64,000 nucleotides of DNA from Eledone cirrhosa (lineage: Eukaryota): NCBI GenBank assembly GCA_964016885.1, contig OZ024742.1, positions 258,230,001 to 258,294,000 of the forward strand, in the 5' to 3' direction. Below the pieces are notes generated by a model that saw only the letters and a program-made list of their open reading frames with translations, did not search any database and was not told where the DNA came from. The translations under genes were made by a program, and so were the position numbers. This document shows, piece by piece, positions 25,542 to 36,949 of this stretch (position 1 is its first letter; every line of letters starts with the position of its first letter).

Positions 25542-28330
25542 CAATAATCAAAGTTCAGTTTAAGTCATTTATTTGGTTACAATTGTTTCCTCCAAACCGA
25601 GGTTTGGATTCTTCGGAGCAACTATTTACTGATCTATAACATACTTGACCTCCTTTTCAACCCAAGAGACATATAAAACATATGCGCATATTGATCAACA
25701 GTGGAGTGACATTCATCAAATGATATAGCATGGCTATTTACATATAAAGGTTACAGGATAAAAATAAAAATAAAAACAAGAATGAAAATAAAGATAAACA
25801 TGAAGCGTTGGCAGTCTATGAAGATAAAGCAAGAGGAAAGTTTAGAGTAGTCAGTGTATGAAACAATCTCACGTGTAGCATGCACGCGTGTCTTATTTAT
25901 ACATGATTAGAGTGCGTCAGAATGATATTTGCAGGGTCAGGCAGTTGAAGCAGGCAATCGATCTTATTATGTGGGCTGAATTATTAAGTCATTTATTCTC
26001 ATACATCTGTATGATATACAGTCTCGGATGCAGGGAAACACCAAAATATCAAAAACTTTCAACATACTATAAACCTTATTGTATCGTAGGCAAAGCCGTA
26101 CCACTGTCTTCGCTCACACCACCACTCACATAATCCATGAGACGCAATATATAGAACACATGTCTATCGTATAATTCACGATGGTTCAGCATATAATCAA
26201 GTTATAAACCGTATCCAGTCGGTTCTTAATTAATAGATCATGCTGTCCAGATTCCGGAAGTGTCTGAATGACTAAGGGGAATTAATGCGTAAGGGGAGGT
26301 AACTAGCTAGTTATCTTAGTTAAATTACTATCCTAAACTACATTAATGGTGATTCAAATACGTGCCTATCATATGAAGTTATAACTAATTTCTAGAGTAT
26401 GTTTCCCATTTATAGGTTAGAGAGTTGTCCATTAAGAAGTACAAGGGTGCATATATTAGGATGATTACCATCCATTAAGGGGTGTCATATCTGAACATTC
26501 TATAAGAGGAGTCAGACTCTCAAGTCACTGTTCCATGCAAATGTAATATAACAGTAGGACCTGGTATGGTCCCACTATTATATATGCCCCCCGCTAGGCT
26601 CCGGGTCATTGCATGTCTGAATCTCCGGTAAATCTTCGGTATGGTCCGGAGATCTAAATTCTCATATAAAGGCACTAGTCTGGTCATCAAGCAATAGACA
26701 ACCCCCATCTCATATATAAATCAATTAAGTATCACATATACAAGTTAGAGTGGAGTCTATTAATAGGTACTAAAGGAGTTCACATCAAGATGATTACAAT
26801 CTAGAGATTAAATCTCTCATACCAGGGCACCTGTCTGGCCACCAAGCAATACATAAACTCACATCCCACATATAGATCAGGTATCCCATCCACAAGTTAG
26901 AGTGGAGTCCAGTAACAAGTACTAAAGGAGTTCGTATCATGATGACTACAATCCAACGTGGGGTGCCACACCCGGCCAATCCATAAGAAGAGTCAGACTA
27001 CATAATTAATTACATGGGTCTCACTATCAGCAATGGTCTTATTATCATACATGACTCCCGGCGAGATTCAGGTCGTAGTATGACTGCATCCCCGGTAAAG
27101 TCACCAGGGTGGTCCGGTGGCCGGTTCTCTCGTCAAAAGGTGCCGGTCAGGTCCCCAGGCAACACAGAGGCTCCTAACTCATGCATCTCCTGTGCATAAT
27201 TCATTGAACTGATCGTTACAGTATATATTCACATAACAATACGATTATCTATCTAATCATCAATCTATCTCTTGGTGGGAATCCATGCACAGGACTATGT
27301 TATCGCAACCAGTACCGTGTCCCCGGTTTATACTAATCTTATATTTGTGCAATGCAGATTAAGTAGTCCAAGGTCGAGATATCAGAATTAGAGGTACAAG
27401 GGGGTATTCCCAGGGTAGGTGGTACTAAAATGCTGTCAGTATTATCTTTAGAGTATACAAATGGGTGTGGATGTGAGGTGTAAGGTGAGCTACTGATGTT
27501 AATTGCTAGGGGTGGTGCCGGTTCCAGTCTGACATTATTATATATAGGGTGTAAAGTTTTGGAACGAGTGTCGGAAGCGGTGTTGGCAAGTTGCGAACAC
27601 TTCTGATTTTTATTAAGGAGATTATGTTTAGAGAAGATGATAGTATGTGTCTCTAGTAGACAGAGGTTACAAAATTTATTAGGTGGTTTGTACGATGTTG
27701 CACTACCTACCACTTCCCATTTAAGTGTATATCTTTTATTTTTAGTTTTTAGATAGTGTATGTAGCTAGATAGTGAAGTGGAGTTGGCTAGACTGTGTTT
27801 TTTGAAAGAGTGGAGGTGCGAATTGTATCTAGTTTTGAAGCAGTTAGAAGTAGAGCCTATATAGGTTTCAGAAGAGTTGTTAGTTGTGACTGTACATGAG
27901 TATATGATATCCTTGGTTAAGCATTTTTTATCTAAAGGGCAGGTTCTACTTGATCTACAGTTACAATTACTCTGGGTGCTAGTCTGCCGGTTACTATGCT
28001 GTGTAGAAGTTTGGATGTTAGCTATAGGGTTATGGTTATGTGGGTTGTGGTACGCAGCGTTAATGTTTACACTAGTGCTATTACTATTATTTCCATTGAT
28101 ATTACGGTTATTTGCTATAATGTTACTTTGACTGTTATTTTGAATGTTATTTTGAAGGTTTATCGACTGTTGTGATTTAGTTTGTAAAACAGCTGATGTT
28201 ATTACATTGAGCTATTTATCTTACTGGTAATAGGATAGTGATTAATGACTATCTTTCACTATTTAAGGTTTGTATATATAATATATTACCATTAAAGGTT
28301 TTATTACACACATAACCATAAATAGTACCC
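25540..28330 (-). mobile_element. Naiad-like PLE 3' part: Asn-rich linker, GIY-YIG, ~2-kb 3'UTR and HHR
   Basis: An ATG-less open frame reads CNCRSSRTCPLDKKCLTKDIIYSCTV..YIGSTSNCFKTRYNSHLHSF..STSLSSYI..KWEVV..FCNLCLLE..LLNK. HHR-like ccgaaga-tccaaacc/ggtttgga-gaaa-caattg-ta at 25575-25623. The 5' boundary and the linkage to the UTR are inferred. Confidence 0.8.
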
Positions 28331-28473
28331 TTAATACTATATATATATATATATATATTAATAACAGGAATTTCAACTTTGTCTGATTTACTCGTTTTAT
28401 TTACAATCCTATAAAATTTATAATGGTATTATAATGAAAGAGTATGATAGAATATTAAATTCTAAGTGTTAAT

Positions 28474-28512
28474 TGAACAAGTACTTTCATGCTTTCGCAA
28501 TCTTCAGGTTCA
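28474..28512 (-). ncRNA. 39-nt minimal hammerhead ribozyme
   Basis: tgaac-CUGAAGA-ttgc-gaaa-gcat-GAAA-gtac-UU-gttca. Confidence 0.85.
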
Positions 28513-28857
28513 TAATATGTGGTGACAGTCAAGTTTGCAATTGTCAACTGTAATAAGATGGGTAAATTTTCTACCTTTTATACATTTTATACAGGAAAAA
28601 GTGGCTCCAGAATGCTAAATCTTGCAAACTGTATTTCGACCAATCAGTGTGTAGTTTCACTGAATTACTAAAGCTGATTGGTTTAAGCGTCACGGCTATC
28701 CAAAGCATCAATTGTTTGACTATTTTTAGAAATGATGAAAATAGCATTTTCTATTAATCATCACCATCAACATCACTTTTATTATTATTATTATTGTTGT
28801 TGTTGTTGTTAGTGGTCGTAGTCATGGTCATAGTAGAAGTAATACCCCTATGCGTTA

Positions 28858-31001
28858 TTATTGTTCATTTAGCTTGGGTTTGAATTTATCAATAACATTC
28901 TTTTCTTTGATTTTTCTCTTGATTTCACTTGGGCTGTGTAATTTGTAGAATGGGAATATTATAAATATTCCCTGACCACATGTTGCTAGATGGTTACTTA
29001 GGGGTATCTGACGGACATTTGGGTCTCTGATTTGTTGACGGTGTACCCGTGCACGTTCCAATAGTGCATTTCCAGTTTGACCGACATACAGTTCTTCACA
29101 ATTCTGGCATTTAATGCAGTAAATTAGATTTCTGCTTTTGCAGTTCATATTTGCATTTGGGAATATTTTTCCAGTTTTTGTTTTCACATATTGACCGGCG
29201 TGTATGGATTGACATGTGCCGCATCGACTATCATTGCCTTTAGATACAGTGATTGATTGGTCTTTGTTGTTAAGGTCAAACTTTGCTTTTGTTAGTAATT
29301 GCTTCAAATTTTTTGGCTGTCTTTTACTAAGAGTCAAAGATCGATCTGTGATTAAGCCTTTTAATTCATTACTTTGAGCAATGATCGGTAGGTTTGCTTT
29401 GGCAGTTTTGAAGATATTCTGGTGATATGGGTTGTGTGTCATTATAAATGGTATGACCAGTTCTTGGTTTCTTCTTCTTTGGGTTGTCCTAAGTTGTTGT
29501 ATAGGTATTTTTATAGCCCGCTGTATGCCATTTACTATAAGTAGAGATGGGTATTTTTGTTTGAGCAAAAATTCTCTTAGTTCTGTTAGGCGTTTGTACC
29601 TGGTATTCGTATCTTCTACAATGGTAAATATTCTTCTGGCTAGGCAGTATGGGATGTTGCGTTTTGTATGAGGTGGATGGCACGACTTAAAATTCAGATA
29701 TTGATGGGTGTCTGTGTGTTTATAATATATATCCGTGGTAATGGTGGTGTCGTTTTTGATTATCATTATATCTAGGAATGGTAATTTGGTCCTACTCATC
29801 TCGTTTGTGAATTGGAGAGATGGGTGTAGGTTATTCAGGAGGATATTGAACTCATCCAGAGTATCTAGAGATTCTGTCCAGATGATGAAACAGTCGTCAA
29901 GGTATCTCTTCCAAGATTTTTCAATTTACTTTCTAAAGTCAGTACTATATTTTCCCTCTATTTCTTGGTAAAGTTGTTGTTCTAAGTATCCCATTACAGA
30001 GTTCGCGTAAACGGGAGCAAACTTCGTTCCCATCGCTGGGCCTCTAATTTGGCTGTAATTCTTTCCATTGAAGAAGAAAGTGTTGTTTTCCAGAATAAGT
30101 TTAACTGCGTCTAATATAAATGGCGCTGTGAATCTGATGGGAATCACTTCTCTATGTTTTTCCACCCAGTATTTAACCGCCTTTATTCCTAAATCATGTG
30201 TAATGTTGGTGTAAAGGCTTACCACATCAAAACTGAGTAGAAGTGAATTCGTTTCCGTGGTTTTGGGATGATGGGACAGGAAGTCGATATCATCTCGGAT
30301 GAAACTGGGTATGTGAATACATAGTGGTTTCAAAATAATGTCAACAAAATTGCTTAGACGGTGGGTGGGGCATGTTGGACCAGCTATAATAGGTCTAAGA
30401 TGTAAGTCTTTTGGGTGTAGTAATTTAATGTACTCACTGTTTTGTTCTCTTACTGCCTTTTGTATTTCTTTTGAATTATGAACTTTCGGTAGGCCATACA
30501 GGTTGCTGGGTTTCGGCTCAAAATTGGTGATGTAGTCTCTTTCCTTATCAGTAAGTGAGTTGTGGTATTTTGAAGCCAGGTTGTTGATCTTCTTCATGAT
30601 GTTTGGCCTAACATTAGTATTATGTCTAAGAGGAAATTTAGACAGATGTCAATGTATTGGTTGAGATAGATATTTATTCCTTTTGGCGGAGTGAAATTTG
30701 ATTTATTCTTTACTAGTAATTCATCACTTTCATTACTTTTATCAGCGAAGAATTCTACAAGACGTAATTTTGGACAGAATTCTTGGGTATCCTCCTTCAG
30801 TTCTTGGTGGTTGACTGTTGGAGTCGGTGTAAATTTCAGTCCTTTTGACAGAATTAGCATTTCATCATTGTCAAGATCTCTTTTAGATAAATTAATTACT
30901 TTAGGATCTACGTGTACAGTTGTTTTGGGTATGTTTCCTCCGGGAGTGTTTCTTTTTCCGGTTTTTGTTGTCCTGACGTTGAAAAATGGATTTTTCTCTG
31001 T
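28858..31001 (-). pseudogene. Neptune-like RT + Zn-finger linker + GIY-YIG (ORF2), frameshifted with an internal deletion
   Basis: VINLS..LSKGLKFTPTP, YGLPKVH, LRPIIAG, SFDVVSLYTNI, QIRG.AMGTKFAP.YAN, LPFLD, YYKHTDTHQYL, SRCGTC, CKSRNLIYCIKC..C..LYVGQTG. The expected DKG segment is missing near 30610. Confidence 0.95.
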
Positions 31002-32251
31002 TCAGGATTTATATTCCTGTTGGTGTTCGCTTGATGAACTTTTGGTCGTGATATTATATTTGGTTTCGTTATGTATTTTGTCCTATTTTTGGTATTCTGT
31101 ATATTATTTTTCCTGTTAGCATTATTTTTAACAATCTGGGGAAATGACCTAGGATTGCTTTCAGATTTAGATCATTTTTTCGCCCAGTTTCTTGTGGGCA
31201 ATCTCTGTTGAGATCTTGAGAGTGATCTGGTTATTCTACGTTTTGTTTCCACATTCCTTGTTGGTAGTCTCTGTTGAGATCTTGAGAATGATCTCCTGGT
31301 TTTACTACTTCTCATGGTCTGGTCAAAGGAATATCTATCGTGTTTGTGCTTTTTGTTCATGTTTTGTGCGATAGGGTGTTTTTGTAGAAAAAGTGAAGAG
31401 TTATTACCCTAGTTCTTCTTTGATTCAAGGTAAGGTGAGTGTTTGTGTCGGCACGTGTTCTGGCGTATGTTGTGTTGATGAGATTGTCCACTTTTAATGC
31501 TTTTTCTCAGGGTTCCAGAGTCTTTACCGTCATTTGCAGCATATTCGTCGAGAAATAATTGTTTCTGCTGCCATACCTTTCTTGATTTGTTTTCTTCTTT
31601 TGAGATATCTCTGATCCATAGTTCTCGTAGTTTTTCAGCTATAATACCAGTCGTTAGCTTTGAAATTTCAACTTCAACTTCATCAATAGCTTCATAGTTG
31701 GCTTTGTAGCGGGATTGTTTACATTCAGAAATGGAGATGTCGGTCCTGAATTTTGTCAATGTAAGTTCCCATCGGAGTTTTGTTTCTTCTTCTGGTTCTC
31801 CTGCAATTTCTGTAATTAGGTATTTACGAGGGAGTATGGGTACCGTTAGAGTGAGCCATTTCGAATGTGTTTCGACATATTTTTCGCATTTGTATGCTTT
31901 CCAGAAGTTTTGTTTTCTTATGTTAAGGAATTTTTTCCATGTCTTCCACATTTCTTTTCTTATTCGATGTGTTTTGTTTTCCAAATTTCTTTCGTTTATT
32001 TCTGACATCCAAGGTGGTTGTGGTAGGCTTTCTCTTGTATCTTTGATAACTGTTGGTATAATTTCAGCTAAATTCTTAATTTTAGAGTTTATATGTTCAG
32101 TTATAAGTTTTCCGTCTTTAGATTGTTTTTCTATTTCCTTTAAAATAGAGGATTGTGTGTCAATCATCGTGATACGTGTTGATAATTTCGATGATATCTC
32201 CTTTATAATTCTTTCTGATTCTGTTGATTTCATTTGTTGCTTTCCAGACAT
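30908..32251 (-). pseudogene. putative PLE ORF1 (~447 aa, two in-frame stops): helical/charged N-terminal part and RS/basic C-terminal part
   Basis: ORFs 31409..32251 and 31172..31360 and the stretch down to the TAG at 30908-30910 share one frame. The ATG lies about 80 nt downstream of the 5' pLTR. Confidence 0.65.
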
Positions 32252-32447
32252 GTTGACTTATACACAATAGGAATATATATATAGATAGATAAATATACAC
32301 GGGTGTGTATGATTGTGTATAGAAGATTATATTAATAAGAGGAATTCCAACTTTGTCTGATTTACTCGTTTTATTTACCATCCTTTAAAATGTATAATGG
32401 TATTATAATGAAATAGTATGATAGAATATTAAATTCTAAGTGTTAAT

Positions 32448-32486
32448 TGAACAAGTACTTTCATGCTTTCGCAATCTTCAGGTTCA
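32448..32486 (-). ncRNA. 39-nt minimal hammerhead ribozyme in the 5' pLTR
   Basis: Identical motif to 28474-28512. Confidence 0.85.
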
Positions 32487-32520
32487 TAATATGTGGTGAC
32501 AGTCAAGTTTGCAATTTTCT

Positions 32521-33903
32521 CTACTCAGTTTTGATGTAGTAAGCCTTTACACCACATTACACATGGTTTAGGAATAAAGGCGGTTAAATACTGGGTGGAA
32601 AAACATAGAGAAGTGATTCCCATCAGATTCACAGCGCCATTTATATTAGACGCAGTTAAACTTATTCTGGAAAACAACACTTTCTTCTTCAATGGAAAGA
32701 ATTACATCCAAATTAGAGGCACAGCGATGGGAACGAAGTTTGCCTCCGGTTACGCGAACTCTGTAATGGGATACTTAGAACAACAACTCTACCAAGAAAT
32801 AGAGGGAAAATATAGTACTGACTTTAGAAAGTACATTGAAAAATCTTGGAAGACAATATTTTGATGACTGTTTCATCATCTGGACAGAATCTCTAGATAC
32901 TCTGGATGAGTTCAATATCCTCCTGAATAACCTACACCCATCTCTCCAATTCACAAACAAGATGAGTAGGACCAAATTACCATTCCTAGATATAATGATA
33001 ATCAAAAATGACACCACCATTACCACGGATATATATTATAAACACACAGACACCCATCAATATCTGAATTTTAAGTCGTGCCATCCACCTCATACAAAAC
33101 GCAACATCCCATACTGCCTAGCCAGAAGAATGTTTACCATTGTAGAAGATACGAATACCAGGTACAAACGCCTAACAGAACTAAGAGAATTTTTGCTCAA
33201 ACAAAAATACCCATCTCTACTTATAGAAAATGGCATAGAGCGGGCTATAAAAATACCTATACAACAACTTAGGACAACCCAAGGAAGAAGAAACCAAGAA
33301 CTGGTCATACCATTTATAATGACACACAACCCATGTCACCAGAATATCTCAAACAATGCCAAAGCAAACCTACCTATCATTGCTCAAAGTAATGAATTAA
33401 AAGGCTTAATCACAGATCGATCTTTGACTCTTAGTGAAAGACAGCCCAAAAATTTGAAGCAATTACTAACAAAAGCAAAGTTTGACCTTAACAACAAAGA
33501 CCAATCCTTCACTGTATCTAAATGCAATGATAGTCGATGCGGCACATGTCAATCCATACACACCGGTCAATATGTGAAAACAAAAACTGGAAAAATATTC
33601 CCAAATGCAAATATGAACTGCAAAAGCAGAAATCTAATTTACTGCATTAAATGCCCGAATTGTGAAGAACTATATGTCGGTCAAACTGGAAATGCACTAT
33701 TGGCACGTGCACGAGTACACCGTCAACAAATCAGAGACCCAAATGTCCGTCAGATACCCCTAAGTAACCATCTAGCAACATGTGGTCAGGGAATATTTAT
33801 AATATTCCCATTCTACAAATTACACAGCCCAAGTGAAATCAAGAGATAAATCAAAGAAAAGAATGTTATTGATAAATTCAAACTCAAGCTAAATGAACAA
33901 TAA
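32521..33903 (+). pseudogene. inverted truncated RT-EN copy starting at motif A
   Basis: LLSFDVV..QIRGTAMG..YFDDCF..LPFLD..CNDSRCGTC..YVGQTG. Confidence 0.93.
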
Positions 33904-33950
33904 TAACGCTTAGGGGTATTACTTCTACTATGACTATGACTACGACCACT

Positions 33951-33983
<33 letters not shown>

Positions 33984-34297
33984 AATAATAATAATAAAAG
34001 TGATGTTGATGGTGATGATTAATAGAAAATGCTATTTTCATCATTTCTAAAAATGGCAAAACAATTGATGCTTTGGATATGATTAATTATTGGTCGTTAG
34101 ACATGCTCAACCAGCCGTGACGCTTAAACCAATCAGCTTTAGTAATTCAGTGAAACTACACACTGATTGGTCGAAATACAGTTTGCAAGATTTAGCATTC
34201 TGGAGCCACTTTTCCCTGTATGAAATGTATAAAAAATAGTAAATTTTCCCATCTTATTACAGTTGAAAATTGCAAACTTGATTGTTACCACATATTC

Positions 34298-34336
34298 TGA
34301 ACCTGAAGATTGCGAAAGCATGAAAGTACTTGTTCA
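34298..34336 (+). ncRNA. 39-nt minimal hammerhead ribozyme
   Basis: tgaac ctgaaga ttgc gaaa gcat gaaa gtac tt gttca. Confidence 0.85.
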
Positions 34337-34447
34337 ATTAACACTTAGAATTTAATATTCTATCATACTATTTCATTATATACCATTATAAATGTTAAAG
34401 GATTGTAAATAAATCGAGTAAATCAGACAAAGTTGGAATTCCTCTTA

Positions 34448-34519
<72 letters not shown>

Positions 34520-35079
34520 GAGGTATCCACGGTAAGTTGTGGGGTCTATTCTGTGTGAAGAACTCAATGTAATCCATATGTTGAAAATGTTGTAGGTTAA
34601 GATAAATCTACGAAAACAATAAAACATTAAAAGGAAAACAGAGTCATGATATAAGTTATAACAATGAAATAAAAAATCAAGTTCTTAGAGATATACTTCA
34701 CTGCTTTTCTAGATGGTGATAATACATTGTATCTATACTCAGTTATTGATCTATGTAAGTTTACAAAATATCAGATAGAGAGAATATTTACTTACATGCA
34801 TATCACCAGCTGTGTTCAAAAGCAATAATAATGTTATTCAATAATAATTCTACTCAGAATTAGTATCATGTCCATATTTGGAGGTACTTGAAGAACTAAC
34901 CAATCAAATTGTTTTTTTTTATATGGTGTTAAGATGAAAAGTAATAGACTTTAGTTGAGGTCATGACCCTTTGAAAGGAATGGTTGAAATGTGTTAGTAG
35001 AAATGGCATAACAATCTATTAGGAGGGAAGGGGATTGTCAAACTGATAGTTGAATATTATATATATATATATATATATA

Positions 35080-36240
35080 AAAATATGAGATCCGCTGGAA
35101 AATTCTATGAACTGCTAAAGCCATTCACACTGGTATGGCACATTGTAGGCTTTGTAATATGGAGCTCTTCCAAATTCTTAATTTTAGTAAAACCCTTCTT
35201 AACAGTAGAATTGAGCGAAATATTTTTTGCCGGCATAAATCAGCATCTAAGTTCCCGAACTTTAAACCAACTTAACTTCATTTTCTCCTCCTTATTCCTT
35301 TTTACACTTCTAGAACGTAATACGATCTCTAATTACCATAAACTTCACAATTATGTAGGAATAACATAAAAACATTTGTATTAACATCATTATCTTTTTT
35401 ATTATTATTATTATTATTTCTTATTTACATTTACATCATTTATTATCTTATATGTATATATCTTTCACCATGTGTCTTTATATTTCTCCACTCAAACAAA
35501 CCACATCTCGATCACTTTATCTGATAATATAATATATCTGAAACTAACTATTTTACATAGTAATATATATTCATCAGTGTGTTAATTTTTCTATTCTCTC
35601 TATTCATCATATACATATATTAATTTTCTCCCCATCCATATATTCTTGATTAATTTCTATCCCCTCTACTTCCTCATCCCTCTTCATTTTCCTCTATTTA
35701 TTTCTCATCTTCCTCTCCTCTCCTTCCTCGTAACCTACACTACCCCCCCCCCATTCCCTCCTTCTCTATACATATCTTTATTATTATTAATATTATATCT
35801 ATTTTAATACGATAAGTTGATTTCGTAAAGTTGCCGGTTATACTTTTAACTATATACTAGTTCCTTCTTTCTTTCTTTCTCTCTCATTTCCACATGTCTC
35901 CCTCCCTCTATTTATTTATCATTAACAATTACAAGGATGTAGCAGTTTGAATTTTTTAAGTTTACCGTTACGCATATATTTTATATTTATTATGAGTTTC
36001 TGATGAAATAGTTTGATATAAATGTATTGTAAGTTGATTATACTTCTCCAGTATTAGCAATTTATAGACAATTCTACCATGGAAACAATTGTGAGACTAT
36101 AATTAAATACCCATGTTTGTTTTGTCAACCATGTTATTCTTCACTTTTTTATTACTCCAAGATATATTTACATAGGAATAGAAGCACGATTGTCACCAAA
36201 GTAAACATTCTCTTGTGTCCCATACTACTGTGTGCTTAAA
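35080..36240 (+). mobile_element. Naiad-like extreme 3' end, UTR and degenerate HHR
   Basis: HCRLCNMELFQIL..LLNSRIE..FCRHK at about 35140-35240. agttt-CUGAUGA...GAAA-caattg..agact at 35995-36098. Confidence 0.65.
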
Positions 36241-36284
36241 CTGTCCATGAGACGTTGTTTTCGCAGACTCTTATCGGATTACAT

Positions 36285-36888
36285 TTAACATGTTATTGTT
36301 ATACTGCATATATATATATATATGAAAACACACACAGGACAAAATGAAAACACACACACACATAGAACAAACAACTTACAATTAAGGGCAAAATGAAAAC
36401 ACACACAGGACAAAATGAAAACACACACACACATAGAACAAACAACCAACCAACAATAAATAAATAAATAAATAAATAAACAAATAGATAAATGAACACA
36501 AACACACACAGACACCCGGATGTGGCGCATGCGCAAACTGAGCACACAACACACACACAGAAACAAAATGGCGTAGGATAGAAGAAAGGAAAGGCACAGA
36601 AACAAAGAAAGGAATCCCCAGTCACTGAAGAGGTCACAGAGTGTGTGACGAAAGGACTATGACTATATATAAACAACTACCTGGTTGTGGAACCAACCAA
36701 CCAACCAGAAATTTATAAGTTTGTAGATTTGTGAATTTATAAATTTATAAATATATAATAAATTGAAGTGAAAGCAACTGGTGCGTGTGTTTCTTATTGG
36801 CAACATGACCCTCCCAAAGTATAACAATATCGGTTTCAACACACGATTTCAGATAAAGAATCTTGCTAAACAAATTCAGAAACGAACG

Positions 36889-36890
<2 letters not shown>
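36285..36890 (+). mobile_element. solo 3'UTR/pLTR related to the 18721-23378 family
   Basis: Shares gcatgcgcaaa, aaaatggcgtag, HHR position and the terminus atgaccctccc.aagtataacaatat. Confidence 0.75.
36620..36664 (+). ncRNA. type I minimal hammerhead ribozyme
   Basis: agtca-CUGAAGA-g-gtcaca-gagtg-tgtgac-GAAA-ggac-UA-tgact. Confidence 0.85.

Positions 36891-36946
<56 letters not shown>

Positions 36947-36949
<3 letters not shown>

Larger units (their letters stand above)
28355..34455 (-). mobile_element. Neptune-like PLE: near full-length minus-strand unit between direct pLTRs (28355-32518) plus an inverted 5'-truncated copy (32521-34455)
   Basis: pLTR copies at about 28357-28550 and 32330-32518. 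32521-34455 mirrors about 28355-30240. (TA)n flanks both sides. Confidence 0.95.

Noticed and set aside
28355-34455. Large inverted repeats as DNA-transposon TIRs or assembly artefacts
   Set aside because: The arms encode RT/EN and differ by scattered substitutions and indels, which fits genuine PLE inversion structures.
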